Assembly (NCBI GenBank): GCA_963729895.1 | Contig: CAVSQB010000001.1 | Coordinates: 1-64,000 of the forward strand | Direction: 5' to 3' | Origin: an uncultured Fibrobacterota bacterium | GTDB lineage: Bacteria; Fibrobacterota; Chitinivibrionia; Chitinivibrionales; FEN-1185 | Length of the DNA stretch: 64,000 bases | Part shown: in pieces, positions 37,226-46,653 of the stretch | Numbering within the stretch: position 1 is the stretch's first letter | Layout: each line of letters opens with the position of its first letter | The notes under the pieces: model-generated | The model's input: only the letters and a program-made list of their open reading frames with translations | Told to the model about the DNA's origin: nothing | Database searches by the model: none | Translations under genes and position numbers: made by a program

Positions 37226-39358
37226 CTATTTTCTTTGTTTTGCCGGTTTATGGGTCTCAAACATAGTCCTTTTCATGCGTTTTGCACGGTCCGACTTCTC
37301 GCACACTTCATCGTAGAATGCGGCATGGCAGTTGAAGTCTTTCCTTGAACCGGTGTTGTCGGAAAGCTTTTCCCACGCGCCGTCGGCACGCAGGCGCCAT
37401 GAATTCGCCGTGTCTTTGAAGCACAGGTCAAGAATGTGCATGAGCCTGGCGCGGGAATCCCTGTCGTCCACCGGGGTGAGAAGCTCTATGCGCTTGTCAA
37501 GATTCCTCTGCATCCAATCCGCGGTGCAAATGAAGACCTTGTCTTTGCCGCCGTTTCCGAAACGCCATATCCTGGCGTGTTCGAGGAACCGGCCGACAAT
37601 GCTGTGGACAACGATGGTTTCGCTGAGCCCTTTGACGCCCGGCCGCAGGCAGCATATTCCCCGCACATTGAGGCTTATTTTTACTCCTGCCTGTGATGCC
37701 GCGTATAATGCCTTGATGATGTCCGGATGAGTGAGCGAATTCATTTTTGCCTGAATGGACCCTCTTTGACCCTGCAGGCATCGCTCGGTTTCAGCCTCAA
37801 TGAGTGAGATAACGCGCTCCTTGAGGCCGAGGGGCGCGGCCTCAATCTTCCGGTATTTCTGCGCCTGAGTATTGCCGGTGATGGAATTGAAAAATGCTGA
37901 GGCATCCGCGCCCAGGTCTTCGTTGCACGTGAGGTAAGAAGCGTCGCTGTAAATAGTGGCGGTTATTTCGTTATAATTGCCTGTCCCGAAGTGCATATAA
38001 CGGCGTAATCCGTTCGGCTCTCTTCTGATCGCGATAAACACCTTGGCATGCGTCTTGAGGCCTTTTACCCCGTAGATCACCTGCACGCCGGCGTCTTCGA
38101 GCTCGGTTGCCCATTCGATGTTGCGTTCCTCGTCGAACCTCGCCTTGAGTTCCACGATGGCGGTAACATATTTGCCGGCGGCGGCCGCCTCTGCGAGCGC
38201 GGCGACCATCGGACTCTTTTTGCTTGTTCTGTACAGGGTCTGCTTGATTGCCACCACCTGCGGGTCCCGGGCCGCCTCCTGGACAAAACGGAGAACCGGA
38301 TCAAAACTTTCGTACGGGTGGACCAGGAGAACATCCCGTTTGGCAATGATGTCGAACATCGATGGCACACTCTTGAGATACGGGGGCGTCCGTGCCGGCC
38401 AGGGCTTGTACTTGAGCTTGTCGTAGCCCGAGAGCTCGGTAAGGCGCATGAAAGCGGACACGTCGAGCGGGCCGTTCGCACGGTACACCGCGTTTTCCGG
38501 CGCATCGAGGAACGCGGCAAGCGCCGACTCCATGCCCTGCGAGGCAGTGCCGTCCAGTTCGAGACGCACGCAATCGCTGCGCTTGCGTGCGTCGATTACC
38601 GATTCCATCTCCGCAACAAGGTCCTCCGCACCGTCCTCCCTGAGCGACACGTCCGCGTTTCGCGTGACGCGGAATCTGGCGATGTCGGAGATGGTTTCGC
38701 CCGGAAAGAACCTGCTTGCAAACGAGGCAATCAGGTCTTCAACGAGCACAAAATGGTACCCTCCCTCGGACGGCAGCGTAATAAACCGTCCGAGGGATTT
38801 ACCAATAGGAATAATGGCAAGCCTCCGCAGCGGATGGCCCTTTCGGGTCGCTCCGGCGGGGGAGTTCAGGTGTACGGCCACATACAGCATTCGATTGACA
38901 AGCAGGGGGTTCTGCGGGAGATTGGAGAGCGCCATGGGAGACAGTACAGGGGCTATTTCGTTATCAAACACATAGTCCGCGTGTCTGCTTTGCTCGCCCG
39001 TGAGTTCGTGAGGCAACAGCCTGCGGACGCCGGACGCCGCCAGCAGCCTTTCGAGGTCGGAGAAGCACCGGTACTGATCCGCCACCATGACGGTGGTGCG
39101 CCGGTGTATCGCCTCCAGTTGTTCCGACGGCCGCATGCCGGCCGGGTCTTTTTTGGAGTCGTTTTTCTTCGAAAGTATTTGCAGGCCGCCCACCCGCACC
39201 ATAAAGAACTCGTCGAGGTTGGAGCCGGTAATGGCGAGGAATTTCAGCCGTTCGAGGACCGGCAGGGACGCGTCGCGGGCGCATTGCAGAACACGATCGT
39301 TGAATTCGAGCCAGCTCAGTTCGCGGTTGATGGAATCGGTCTTGGGTATGGTAGACAT
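37226..39358 (-). CDS. ppk1: Polyphosphate kinase 1
   Basis: INRELSWLEFNDRVL, SNLDEFFMVRV, HPYESF, IKQTLYRT, ELKARFDEE, GTGNYN, GRFLEH. Confidence 0.97.
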   Translation of the reverse strand: MSTIPKTDSINRELSWLEFNDRVLQCARDASLPVLERLKFLAITGSNLDEFFMVRVGGLQILSKKNDSKKDPAGMRPSEQLEAIHRRTTVMVADQYRCFSDLERLLAASGVRRLLPHELTGEQSRHADYVFDNEIAPVLSPMALSNLPQNPLLVNRMLYVAVHLNSPAGATRKGHPLRRLAIIPIGKSLGRFITLPSEGGYHFVLVEDLIASFASRFFPGETISDIARFRVTRNADVSLREDGAEDLVAEMESVIDARKRSDCVRLELDGTASQGMESALAAFLDAPENAVYRANGPLDVSAFMRLTELSGYDKLKYKPWPARTPPYLKSVPSMFDIIAKRDVLLVHPYESFDPVLRFVQEAARDPQVVAIKQTLYRTSKKSPMVAALAEAAAAGKYVTAIVELKARFDEERNIEWATELEDAGVQVIYGVKGLKTHAKVFIAIRREPNGLRRYMHFGTGNYNEITATIYSDASYLTCNEDLGADASAFFNSITGNTQAQKYRKIEAAPLGLKERVISLIEAETERCLQGQRGSIQAKMNSLTHPDIIKALYAASQAGVKISLNVRGICCLRPGVKGLSETIVVHSIVGRFLEHARIWRFGNGGKDKVFICTADWMQRNLDKRIELLTPVDDRDSRARLMHILDLCFKDTANSWRLRADGAWEKLSDNTGSRKDFNCHAAFYDEVCEKSDRAKRMKRTMFETHKPAKQRK

Positions 39359-39359
39359 A

Positions 39360-40940
39360 CTAGAATTGGGACGCTCCTTTTTTCTCAACCACCGGCGTCA
39401 TGCCGTACACTTCCTCAAACATGTCGCCTTTATTCTGGAGCGCAACCTGTTCGAGAGCGAGATCGTCAACGTGAGGGACCGCAATCACGTATCTGTCCTT
39501 CTCCCTGGCGCATCGGATCCCCGCGATCCGCTGGCTGTGCGAACGGTCGAGCGCATCGGCGACCCGAAGGATGGCGGCAAGTTTTGCAACGGTGAGCCGC
39601 GCCTCCCGGTCGAGCCCGGCATATTCCTGGTGCAAAGCCTTTGGCGTGGCGCGCCGGTGGTATCTGGTGATGAGCGCCACAAGAAGGATATCCCGCCGGG
39701 AAAGCCCGAACAACTCGCTGTTCTGAACAAGATACATCGAGTGTTTGTGATGGCTCCGCGGGTTGATAAAGATGCCTATGTCGTGGAGAATGCCGGCAAC
39801 GGTGAGCAGCAGTTTGTGCCATGGGCCGCACTGGTGTTCTTCGGCAAGGCTCGAAAACAGTTCCCCGGCAAGCGAGGTTACGTGCCGTGCGTGGGCCTCG
39901 TCGCACTTATACTTTCTGGCGATTTCCCAGGCAGACCGGATCACTTGGCGCGCGAAATCTTCGCCCGGCGGCTCGCTCCTCGCCATTTCGATGAGGATGC
40001 CGTGGCGCATCGAGATGTCGGACGCGATGACACTCTTGAGCGAGAACGCCCGGCCGAGCATGCAGTAAAAAAGCAACGACGGCGCAAGGGTCTCGGCATC
40101 GGGAAAGGACATCTTGTATTTTCGCACGCAGTCGTTGACGGAAAGCGTTATCACCTCTTCTGTGAAGGTCTCCAGCGCACCGAGCGGAAGACGGGCCGGA
40201 AGCAGGGGATTGTAGTCGGGAATAAGCCGGTTTGCGGCGAATCGGACGTCGCCGCCCAAGGCAGTCATGTTCCTGATGGTCGAGGCGGGAATGCTGTGGA
40301 GGATCTGCGTGATGGTCCGCTTTATTTCGCTTACCATAAGCGCGCGCTGACGTGAAACGGGCGCATTGAATTTCTCCAGCATTTCGCGGAGCCGCAACGC
40401 GCCGAGCTTGAACGAGTGGGTGGCGACGATGTTGCCCTTTGCAAGAAGCAGCATCTCGGTGCTGCCCCCGCCCATTTCGCACACCACCACCTGTCCGCGG
40501 GACAAAGAGGCGTCTCTAGACAAAAGCGAACGAGCGGACAGGTAGGTGAGCCGGGTCACGTCCCTGTCGTCCAGGATTTCCACCCGGATCCCCGTGGCAA
40601 TATACATGCGGTCGATGAACGCATCCCTGTTTCCGGCTTCCCGCACCGCGGTGGTCGCTACGGCTTTGATACGATCGTCCTGCGTTATGCCGTACTCCTC
40701 GAGCACCCGCCTGAAGTTTTTGAGCGTTCGGACGCATTCTTCGATGGTCCCTTTTTCGATATTCCCCTTTGTGAAAGTATCCTTGCCGAGGCTCACGCCT
40801 TGCTGAAGGAATTCCAGGGAATGCGAAATGCCGCTTGGATCGACCTGGGCGACGGTCATGCGGATCGAGGTGGTGCCGATGTCGATTACCGCAATAGGAT
40901 TTGAGGTTGCCACGGCGTGAACGGGGGTATTTTTCTTCAT
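39360..40940 (-). CDS. ppx: Exopolyphosphatase Ppx/GppA
   Basis: IDIGTTSIR, ATTAVREA, EMGGGSTE, LHDIG...HHKHS. Confidence 0.92.
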   Translation of the reverse strand: MKKNTPVHAVATSNPIAVIDIGTTSIRMTVAQVDPSGISHSLEFLQQGVSLGKDTFTKGNIEKGTIEECVRTLKNFRRVLEEYGITQDDRIKAVATTAVREAGNRDAFIDRMYIATGIRVEILDDRDVTRLTYLSARSLLSRDASLSRGQVVVCEMGGGSTEMLLLAKGNIVATHSFKLGALRLREMLEKFNAPVSRQRALMVSEIKRTITQILHSIPASTIRNMTALGGDVRFAANRLIPDYNPLLPARLPLGALETFTEEVITLSVNDCVRKYKMSFPDAETLAPSLLFYCMLGRAFSLKSVIASDISMRHGILIEMARSEPPGEDFARQVIRSAWEIARKYKCDEAHARHVTSLAGELFSSLAEEHQCGPWHKLLLTVAGILHDIGIFINPRSHHKHSMYLVQNSELFGLSRRDILLVALITRYHRRATPKALHQEYAGLDREARLTVAKLAAILRVADALDRSHSQRIAGIRCAREKDRYVIAVPHVDDLALEQVALQNKGDMFEEVYGMTPVVEKKGASQF

Positions 40941-41083
40941 GGTTCCTAAATATAGTAAAGGATGAACCGCGGATGGACGTTTAAGGTTGCGCTAACGGAA
41001 TGCTCACATTCGGACAAGGATCTTTTGAGTAAAGGGGAACGCGTACCGTGCGGGCCAATGCAGCGGCTGTCGGTCGTTGGCCG

Positions 41084-41848
41084 TCAGTTTTTCTTCCGGG
41101 ACTTCTTCACCGCGACGGCGATTTCTCGCATCACGTCAAGCCCGCCCGGCGACTGCACCAGGTTGCCGGTGACGACAATGTCCGCTCCCGCCCGGATCTT
41201 TGCCAGCGCGGTTGCCGCGTCGCGTATGCCGCCGCCCACGATCACGGGGATCTCCACAACCGACTTCACCAGGGAAATCATTTCGTCGGGAACGGGATGC
41301 AGCGCGCCGCTGCCGGCCTCGAGGTAGACAAGTTTCATTCCCATATACTGGGCCGCCAGCGCATGCGCGGCCGCGATCCTGGGTTTGTTGCGCGGAAGAG
41401 GGCGCGTATTACTCATAAATTCGACCGAGGTAACGGTGCCCGACTCAACAAGCATGTAGGCGGTTGAAATCGGCTCGATCCCGAGCTGCTTGATGAGCGG
41501 TGCGGCTTTTACGTGCTCGCTTATCAGGTTGACGGGGTTTCTTCCGGAAATAAGCGAAAGATACAGAAGGGCGTCGGCGTGGCGCGAAAGTTGGGTTGCA
41601 TCCCCCGGAAACAGGATAACGGGAAGCCGGACGACATTTTTTACAGATGCGACAAAGGCGTCGAACTGGTCGGTATGAACGAGGCTGCCCCCCACCAGCA
41701 GGGCATCGACGCCCGCAGCCTGGGCTTTCTTTGCGATCGACGTCCCTTGTTTGGGCGAAAAATCGTCCGGGTCAAGAAGTACCCAGTACGAGGCTTTCCC
41801 GGACGCCGCGGCACGGAGGATTGTCGAAAAAACGGTTCGATTTTTCAT
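41084..41848 (-). CDS. Geranylgeranylglyceryl phosphate synthase family protein (group II GGGPS-like)
   Basis: VLLDPD, LLVGGS, PVILFPG, SLISGRNP..LI..H, YLEAGSGA, VGGGIR, GADIVVTGN. Confidence 0.92.
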   Translation of the reverse strand: MKNRTVFSTILRAAASGKASYWVLLDPDDFSPKQGTSIAKKAQAAGVDALLVGGSLVHTDQFDAFVASVKNVVRLPVILFPGDATQLSRHADALLYLSLISGRNPVNLISEHVKAAPLIKQLGIEPISTAYMLVESGTVTSVEFMSNTRPLPRNKPRIAAAHALAAQYMGMKLVYLEAGSGALHPVPDEMISLVKSVVEIPVIVGGGIRDAATALAKIRAGADIVVTGNLVQSPGGLDVMREIAVAVKKSRKKN

Positions 41849-41864
41849 TGCGCCCTCGCTGGTG

Positions 41865-44564
41865 TCAAACGCGGTTAAACGCCTCAACCCCGCCCTTGTG
41901 TTGGAGTATCGAACGCACGGTTGCTAGCGCCTCCTCAAGTTTCTCCGGGTTCTTTCCGCCGGCCTGTGCCCGAGTCGGACTTCCGCCGCCGCTGCCGTCC
42001 GCTTTCTGAGCCGCTGCCTTGACAAGCTCGCCGCAATGAACGCCGCAGTCCTTGACAGCCTTGTGACCGGCCGTGGCAAAAAAGAGAACGCGCCCGTCAA
42101 CCGCTGCACCGAGCGCAACGGCCGTGTTGTTCAGGTCCCTGCTCTTGATTGCATCGGAAATCGCGTCGCACAGCGCAGTGAATGTTTCCTTGTCGCACGG
42201 TCCGAGATTCTTGACCGCCCAGGCGCATGGCGCCTTTGAGGCTGCGGATTCGGCCAGTATTTCTTCGGCTTGGTTCTTCACCTGCCCTCGCGAGAGCACG
42301 GCGATTTTCTGTTCGAGCTCCTTGATTCGTGCGCCGAGCCCCTCTGCGCGGCCGACAAGAGAATCTTCGCTCACCTTGAGTGTTCGGCACAACTCGGCAA
42401 CAACCGATTCCTTTGAGTGAAGAAATCCCAGGGAATTCATGCCGGTGATGGCTTCGATGCGGCGCACGCCGGCGGCAATGCTTGTTTCCTGGGTGATGTG
42501 GAAAAGGCCGATGGTGCCGGTGGAGGTCACATGCGTGCCCCCGCACAGCTCCTTGCTGACGCTTCCCATGCTCACCACGCGGACGCTTTCGCCGTACTTT
42601 TCGCCGAACAGCGCCATGGCGCCTTCCTTTTTCGCCTCAACGGTCGATTGCACAACCGTGGTCACGGGCAAATCGGCGAGCACCCATTCGTTTACCAGCT
42701 CTTCAACGGCACGGATCTCGCTTTCGGAAAGCGCCTTGTGGTGCGTGAAGTCGAACCGGAGCGAATCCGGCGCAACGCGCGAGCCCGACTGCTGCACGTG
42801 GGTCCCGAGAATCTTCCTGAGCGCCGCCTGCAAGAGATGCGTGGCGCTGTGGTTTCTGCGCGTGCTTGTGCGCCCGCCCGGCCCAATCTCGGCCCGAAGC
42901 ACGGCTTTCAATTCTTCCGCATTGAACGGTACGTCCGATGCCGCAACATGCACGGTCATGTCGTTCCATTTGACTATGTTGACAACAGAGATGACCGTCC
43001 CCGCTGCCGTGGTAACCGTGCCGGTGTCGCCGACCTGGCCGCCCGATTCGGCGTAGAACGGAGATGTATCGAGTATCAACAGGCATTCCCGGATTCCCTG
43101 GTCGTCGGATGAGATAATTTTGTAGCGGCATACGTTGCATTCGGCAACGGTGTGATCGTAACCGACAAATGTGGTGCCCTGCGCCTGTCGAAGCGTTACC
43201 CAGCCTTCGGCCGTGAGGCCGCTTTCGTCGCCCTTCTTTGCAGCGTCCCGGGCGCGCTCCCGCTGCTTTCCCATTTCCTTTTCGAACCCGGATTCGTCGA
43301 TAGTGTATCCCTTTTCGTCGGCCATGAGCCGCGTAAGGTCCATTGGAAAGCCGAAGGTGTCGTACAGCATGAAGACGTCCGGACCGGGGATTGTTTTAGC
43401 CTTTGACCTTTCCAGCCCGGAAATAATCTGGCCGAATTTTTCGATTCCCTGCTCAAGGGTTGCACCGAACCGCTCTTCTTCTGAGCGGATCACATCGGAC
43501 ACGTATCCGGTGCGTTGCTTGATTTCGGGGAAAGCATCGCCCATCATGGAAACCACGACCGGCACGAGGGAATGAAGAAACGGTTCGTGAAAACCGAGTT
43601 CGCGGCCGAACCTGCCGGCACGGCGCAGGAGCCGGCGAAGCACATAGCCCCGGCCTTCGTTTGACGGCATTGCGCCGTCGGTTATTGCAAACACGAGGGC
43701 GCGGATATGGTCCGCGATCACACGGAACGGCGTGCCGGACCGGTCGGCGGCATAGGGCCTGCCGCTCTTTCGGGAAAGTTCGGCAATGACGGGAGAAAAA
43801 AGATCGGTGCCGTAATTGGAGGTGGTGCCCTGAAGAATTGAAACCACGCGTTCGAGGCCCATTCCCGTGTCAACATGCTTACTCGGCAGATCGGAAAGCT
43901 TTCCGTTTTTTTCACGGTTGCATTGGATAAAGACAAGGTTCCAGATTTCGCGGAACCTGTCGTTTGCGCCGTTGACCCCCTTGACAGGATCGTTATACAG
44001 CTGTGCACGGTCTTTTTCGCTGCCGATGTCGTAATGGATTTCCGAACACGGACCGCACGGGCCCGTGTCACCCATTTCCCAGAAATTCGATTTAGCGCCA
44101 AACCGCATGATCCGCCACGGCTCGATGTCCGTTTCGCTTTTCCAAAGATTCTCGGCCTCTTCGTCGGTTTCGAACACGGTGACAAAAAGCCTGTCTTTGG
44201 GCAGATTCCACACCGAGGTCAAGAGCTCCCATGCCCAGGTGATAGCCTCCTTTTTGTAATAATCGCCGAACGACCAGTTGCCGAGCATCTCGAAGAATGT
44301 ATGGTGATAATGGTCGCGGCCGACTTCCTCCAAATCGTTGTGTTTCCCCGACACGCGCATGCATTTCTGGGAGTTTGCGACCCGGCGGTACCCTTCCTTG
44401 TTCTCGCCGAGAAAGATCGCTTTGAACTGGTTCATCCCCGCATTTGTAAACAGCAGGGTGGGATCGTTCTGCGGCACGACCGGCGAACCGGGAACAAACG
44501 TATGCCCTTTTGACTTGAAGAAGTCTATGAATTCCCGGCGGATCTGGTTCCCTGTTTTGGGCAT
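41865..44564 (-). CDS. alaS: Alanine--tRNA ligase
   Basis: DPTLLFTNAGMNQFK, HHTFFEMLGNWSFGDY, GPCGPCSEI, DTGMGLER, ELCGGTH. Confidence 0.98.
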   Translation of the reverse strand: MPKTGNQIRREFIDFFKSKGHTFVPGSPVVPQNDPTLLFTNAGMNQFKAIFLGENKEGYRRVANSQKCMRVSGKHNDLEEVGRDHYHHTFFEMLGNWSFGDYYKKEAITWAWELLTSVWNLPKDRLFVTVFETDEEAENLWKSETDIEPWRIMRFGAKSNFWEMGDTGPCGPCSEIHYDIGSEKDRAQLYNDPVKGVNGANDRFREIWNLVFIQCNREKNGKLSDLPSKHVDTGMGLERVVSILQGTTSNYGTDLFSPVIAELSRKSGRPYAADRSGTPFRVIADHIRALVFAITDGAMPSNEGRGYVLRRLLRRAGRFGRELGFHEPFLHSLVPVVVSMMGDAFPEIKQRTGYVSDVIRSEEERFGATLEQGIEKFGQIISGLERSKAKTIPGPDVFMLYDTFGFPMDLTRLMADEKGYTIDESGFEKEMGKQRERARDAAKKGDESGLTAEGWVTLRQAQGTTFVGYDHTVAECNVCRYKIISSDDQGIRECLLILDTSPFYAESGGQVGDTGTVTTAAGTVISVVNIVKWNDMTVHVAASDVPFNAEELKAVLRAEIGPGGRTSTRRNHSATHLLQAALRKILGTHVQQSGSRVAPDSLRFDFTHHKALSESEIRAVEELVNEWVLADLPVTTVVQSTVEAKKEGAMALFGEKYGESVRVVSMGSVSKELCGGTHVTSTGTIGLFHITQETSIAAGVRRIEAITGMNSLGFLHSKESVVAELCRTLKVSEDSLVGRAEGLGARIKELEQKIAVLSRGQVKNQAEEILAESAASKAPCAWAVKNLGPCDKETFTALCDAISDAIKSRDLNNTAVALGAAVDGRVLFFATAGHKAVKDCGVHCGELVKAAAQKADGSGGGSPTRAQAGGKNPEKLEEALATVRSILQHKGGVEAFNRV

Positions 44565-44566
44565 TT

Positions 44567-45637
44567 TTATTCTTCCTTCTCGTCCTTTTTCTCCCCGGAG
44601 AGTTCCACAGGCTTTTTTCCAAGCGTTTTGAGTTTGTCACGTAACTGTTTTTCGATTTTTGCCATGATGTCTTTGTTTTCCTCGATAAAATCGCGCGACT
44701 TTTCGCGCCCCTGTCCCAGCCGTTCACCCTCGAACGACAGCCACGCCCCGCTTTTCTCGACGATGTTGTGCATCACGGCAAGGTCGATGACGTCGCCCGC
44801 GAAGGAAATCCCCTTTCCGTACAGGATGTCGAATTCGGCTTCCCTGAAAGGCGGGGCCACTTTGTTTTTGACCACTTTTGCCCGGGTCCTGTTGCCGATG
44901 ACGTTGTCGCCGTCCTTGATTGCCGCGATGCGCCGGATGTCGATACGGACCGACGAATAGAATTTGAGGGCATTTCCGCCCGTGGTTGTTTCAGGGTTGC
45001 CGAACATGACGCCGATCTTCATGCGCAGCTGGTTGATAAAAATGAGGCAGGTTTTAGATTTGGAGAGAATTCCGGTGAGCTTGCGCAATGCCTGTGACAT
45101 CAGCCGCGCCTGAAGCCCCATGTGGGAATCGCCCATGTCACCCTCGATTTCCGCCGCCGGCACGAGTGCGGCCACGCTGTCGATAACGATGATATCCACC
45201 GCGCCACTGCGCACGAGGGTGTCGGCGATTTCGAGCGCCTGTTCGCCCGTGTCGGGTTGCGACACGAGGAGGTTGTCGATGTCCACGCCGAGATTTTTGG
45301 CATAGAGCGCGTCAAATGCATATTCCGCGTCGATGAGCACGGCAATGCCCCCCGCCTTCTGAACGCTTGCGATGGCATGCAGAGCAAGCGTGGTCTTGCC
45401 GGAAGATTCCGGTCCGTAAATCTCCACGATGCGGCCTTTGGGCAACCCGCCCACGCCGAGCGCCATGTCGAGCGAAATGGAACCGGTCGGTATCGTGGGA
45501 ATGTCGACGGCGAGCGACGCGGAACCGAGCCGCATGATAGCTCCCTTGCCGTGCTGTTTTTCAATTTGCCCTACCGCGTGTTCCACGGCCGCAGTCTTGT
45601 TCTTGAACTCCAGGTCTGCTTCCGGTTTTTTCGCCAT
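44567..45637 (-). CDS. recA: Recombinase RecA
   Basis: [58 protein letters not shown]. Confidence 0.98.
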   Translation of the reverse strand: MAKKPEADLEFKNKTAAVEHAVGQIEKQHGKGAIMRLGSASLAVDIPTIPTGSISLDMALGVGGLPKGRIVEIYGPESSGKTTLALHAIASVQKAGGIAVLIDAEYAFDALYAKNLGVDIDNLLVSQPDTGEQALEIADTLVRSGAVDIIVIDSVAALVPAAEIEGDMGDSHMGLQARLMSQALRKLTGILSKSKTCLIFINQLRMKIGVMFGNPETTTGGNALKFYSSVRIDIRRIAAIKDGDNVIGNRTRAKVVKNKVAPPFREAEFDILYGKGISFAGDVIDLAVMHNIVEKSGAWLSFEGERLGQGREKSRDFIEENKDIMAKIEKQLRDKLKTLGKKPVELSGEKKDEKEE

Positions 45638-45748
45638 GACGGGTCTCCTTTTTTCATGGAAATGGTGCCGCCTCTTGGGGAGCACCGGAAAAAGTGACGG
45701 GTTGAAACAACAAGAGAAAATACGAAATTGCAAAGGACCTTAAGAAAT

Positions 45749-45762
45749 AATTGTGCACAATT
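45749..45762. promoter_or_regulatory. Palindromic operator candidate upstream of recA
   Basis: Perfect 14-bp palindrome AATTGTGCACAATT about 110 bp upstream of the recA start. Confidence 0.45.
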
Positions 45763-46126
45763 GGACGGCGGGTCGCGAGGCGTGACGTTGCGTCGGGAAA
45801 AAACGACTCCAGAGGCTGCAAGGATTGCCGAAAACTGCAGACAATTCCGGCCGAATTCCGCGCCTATTGTGGATAAAGAGTGGGGGTGAAGCGCCACAGT
45901 ACCAGGAGCGAACCTTCCAAGCGGATGAAAATCATCAAGATACTTCGACAGGCAATGGTCCTTCTTTTGTGATTCTGAGGCCTGCAGACCCCAGCGAAAC
46001 GCTTCTCTCTGATTAGCGCTGAATTCATAAAACTGTGATTTATAGGAAGATAATCCGGTTGGCGTACGCTTTGATTCTTCTTGTATGAAGAATAAAATGA
46101 GGTATATTTATCAGGGGTGGTGTTCC

Positions 46127-46534
46127 ATGGGAAAAACAATGCTTCGTGCAGCGGCAATGGCGGTCGGCGGGTGTTTTTTATTTGTCAACGCCCAGTCCGT
46201 GCAGACCCCAAACGCCGGCGCTTTCCAGGAATCACGGGCAGCGATCCAATCCAATTACGACCAGCTCTACCAGTCTCTTCCCCAGGACCTTCAGGCGCAG
46301 ATAAAAAGCGCAGCAAGCACCATAGAGAACCTCAGAATGATGACTCCGGACGAAATGAAGGCCTATATGGCAACAGAGAGCGAGAGAGCGGAGTCATTCG
46401 TCAAGTCGACCATTTCCCAACTTCCTGTGGCGGATGCTGTGAAGACCCAGGTGGATGACTCGAGGGCGGAATCATGCCAGCAGATCAGCGAAAGAATGAA
46501 CGAGCTCAAGGCGAGAAGGGCGGCTCACAAGTAG
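46127..46534 (+). CDS. Hypothetical secreted helical protein
   Basis: Signal peptide ending VNA-Q; helical composition; followed by a terminator. Confidence 0.65.
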   Translation: MGKTMLRAAAMAVGGCFLFVNAQSVQTPNAGAFQESRAAIQSNYDQLYQSLPQDLQAQIKSAASTIENLRMMTPDEMKAYMATESERAESFVKSTISQLPVADAVKTQVDDSRAESCQQISERMNELKARRAAHK

Positions 46535-46596
46535 CGGCAGAGGATGCCAAAGGAAGGGATCTGCACAGAGAGCATGTGTAAGATGGCTGTGAGGAC

Positions 46597-46624
46597 AAAC
46601 AGGGGGGTATCCCCTGTTTTTTTT
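46597..46624 (+). terminator. Rho-independent terminator
   Basis: AAACAGGGG / CCCCTGTTT stem followed by a T run. Confidence 0.75.
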
Positions 46625-46653
46625 GGCGGGCAGAATTCCTATAAGGCAAGGAT

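Noticed and set aside
38048..40355. Long plus-strand ORFs (515 and 422 aa) opposite ppk1/ppx, and similar ones opposite the RM gene (27261-28556), the galT region (33490-34797) and the hem genes
   Set aside because: They are antisense shadows of well-supported genes, expected in GC-rich coding DNA, and carry no recognisable motifs.
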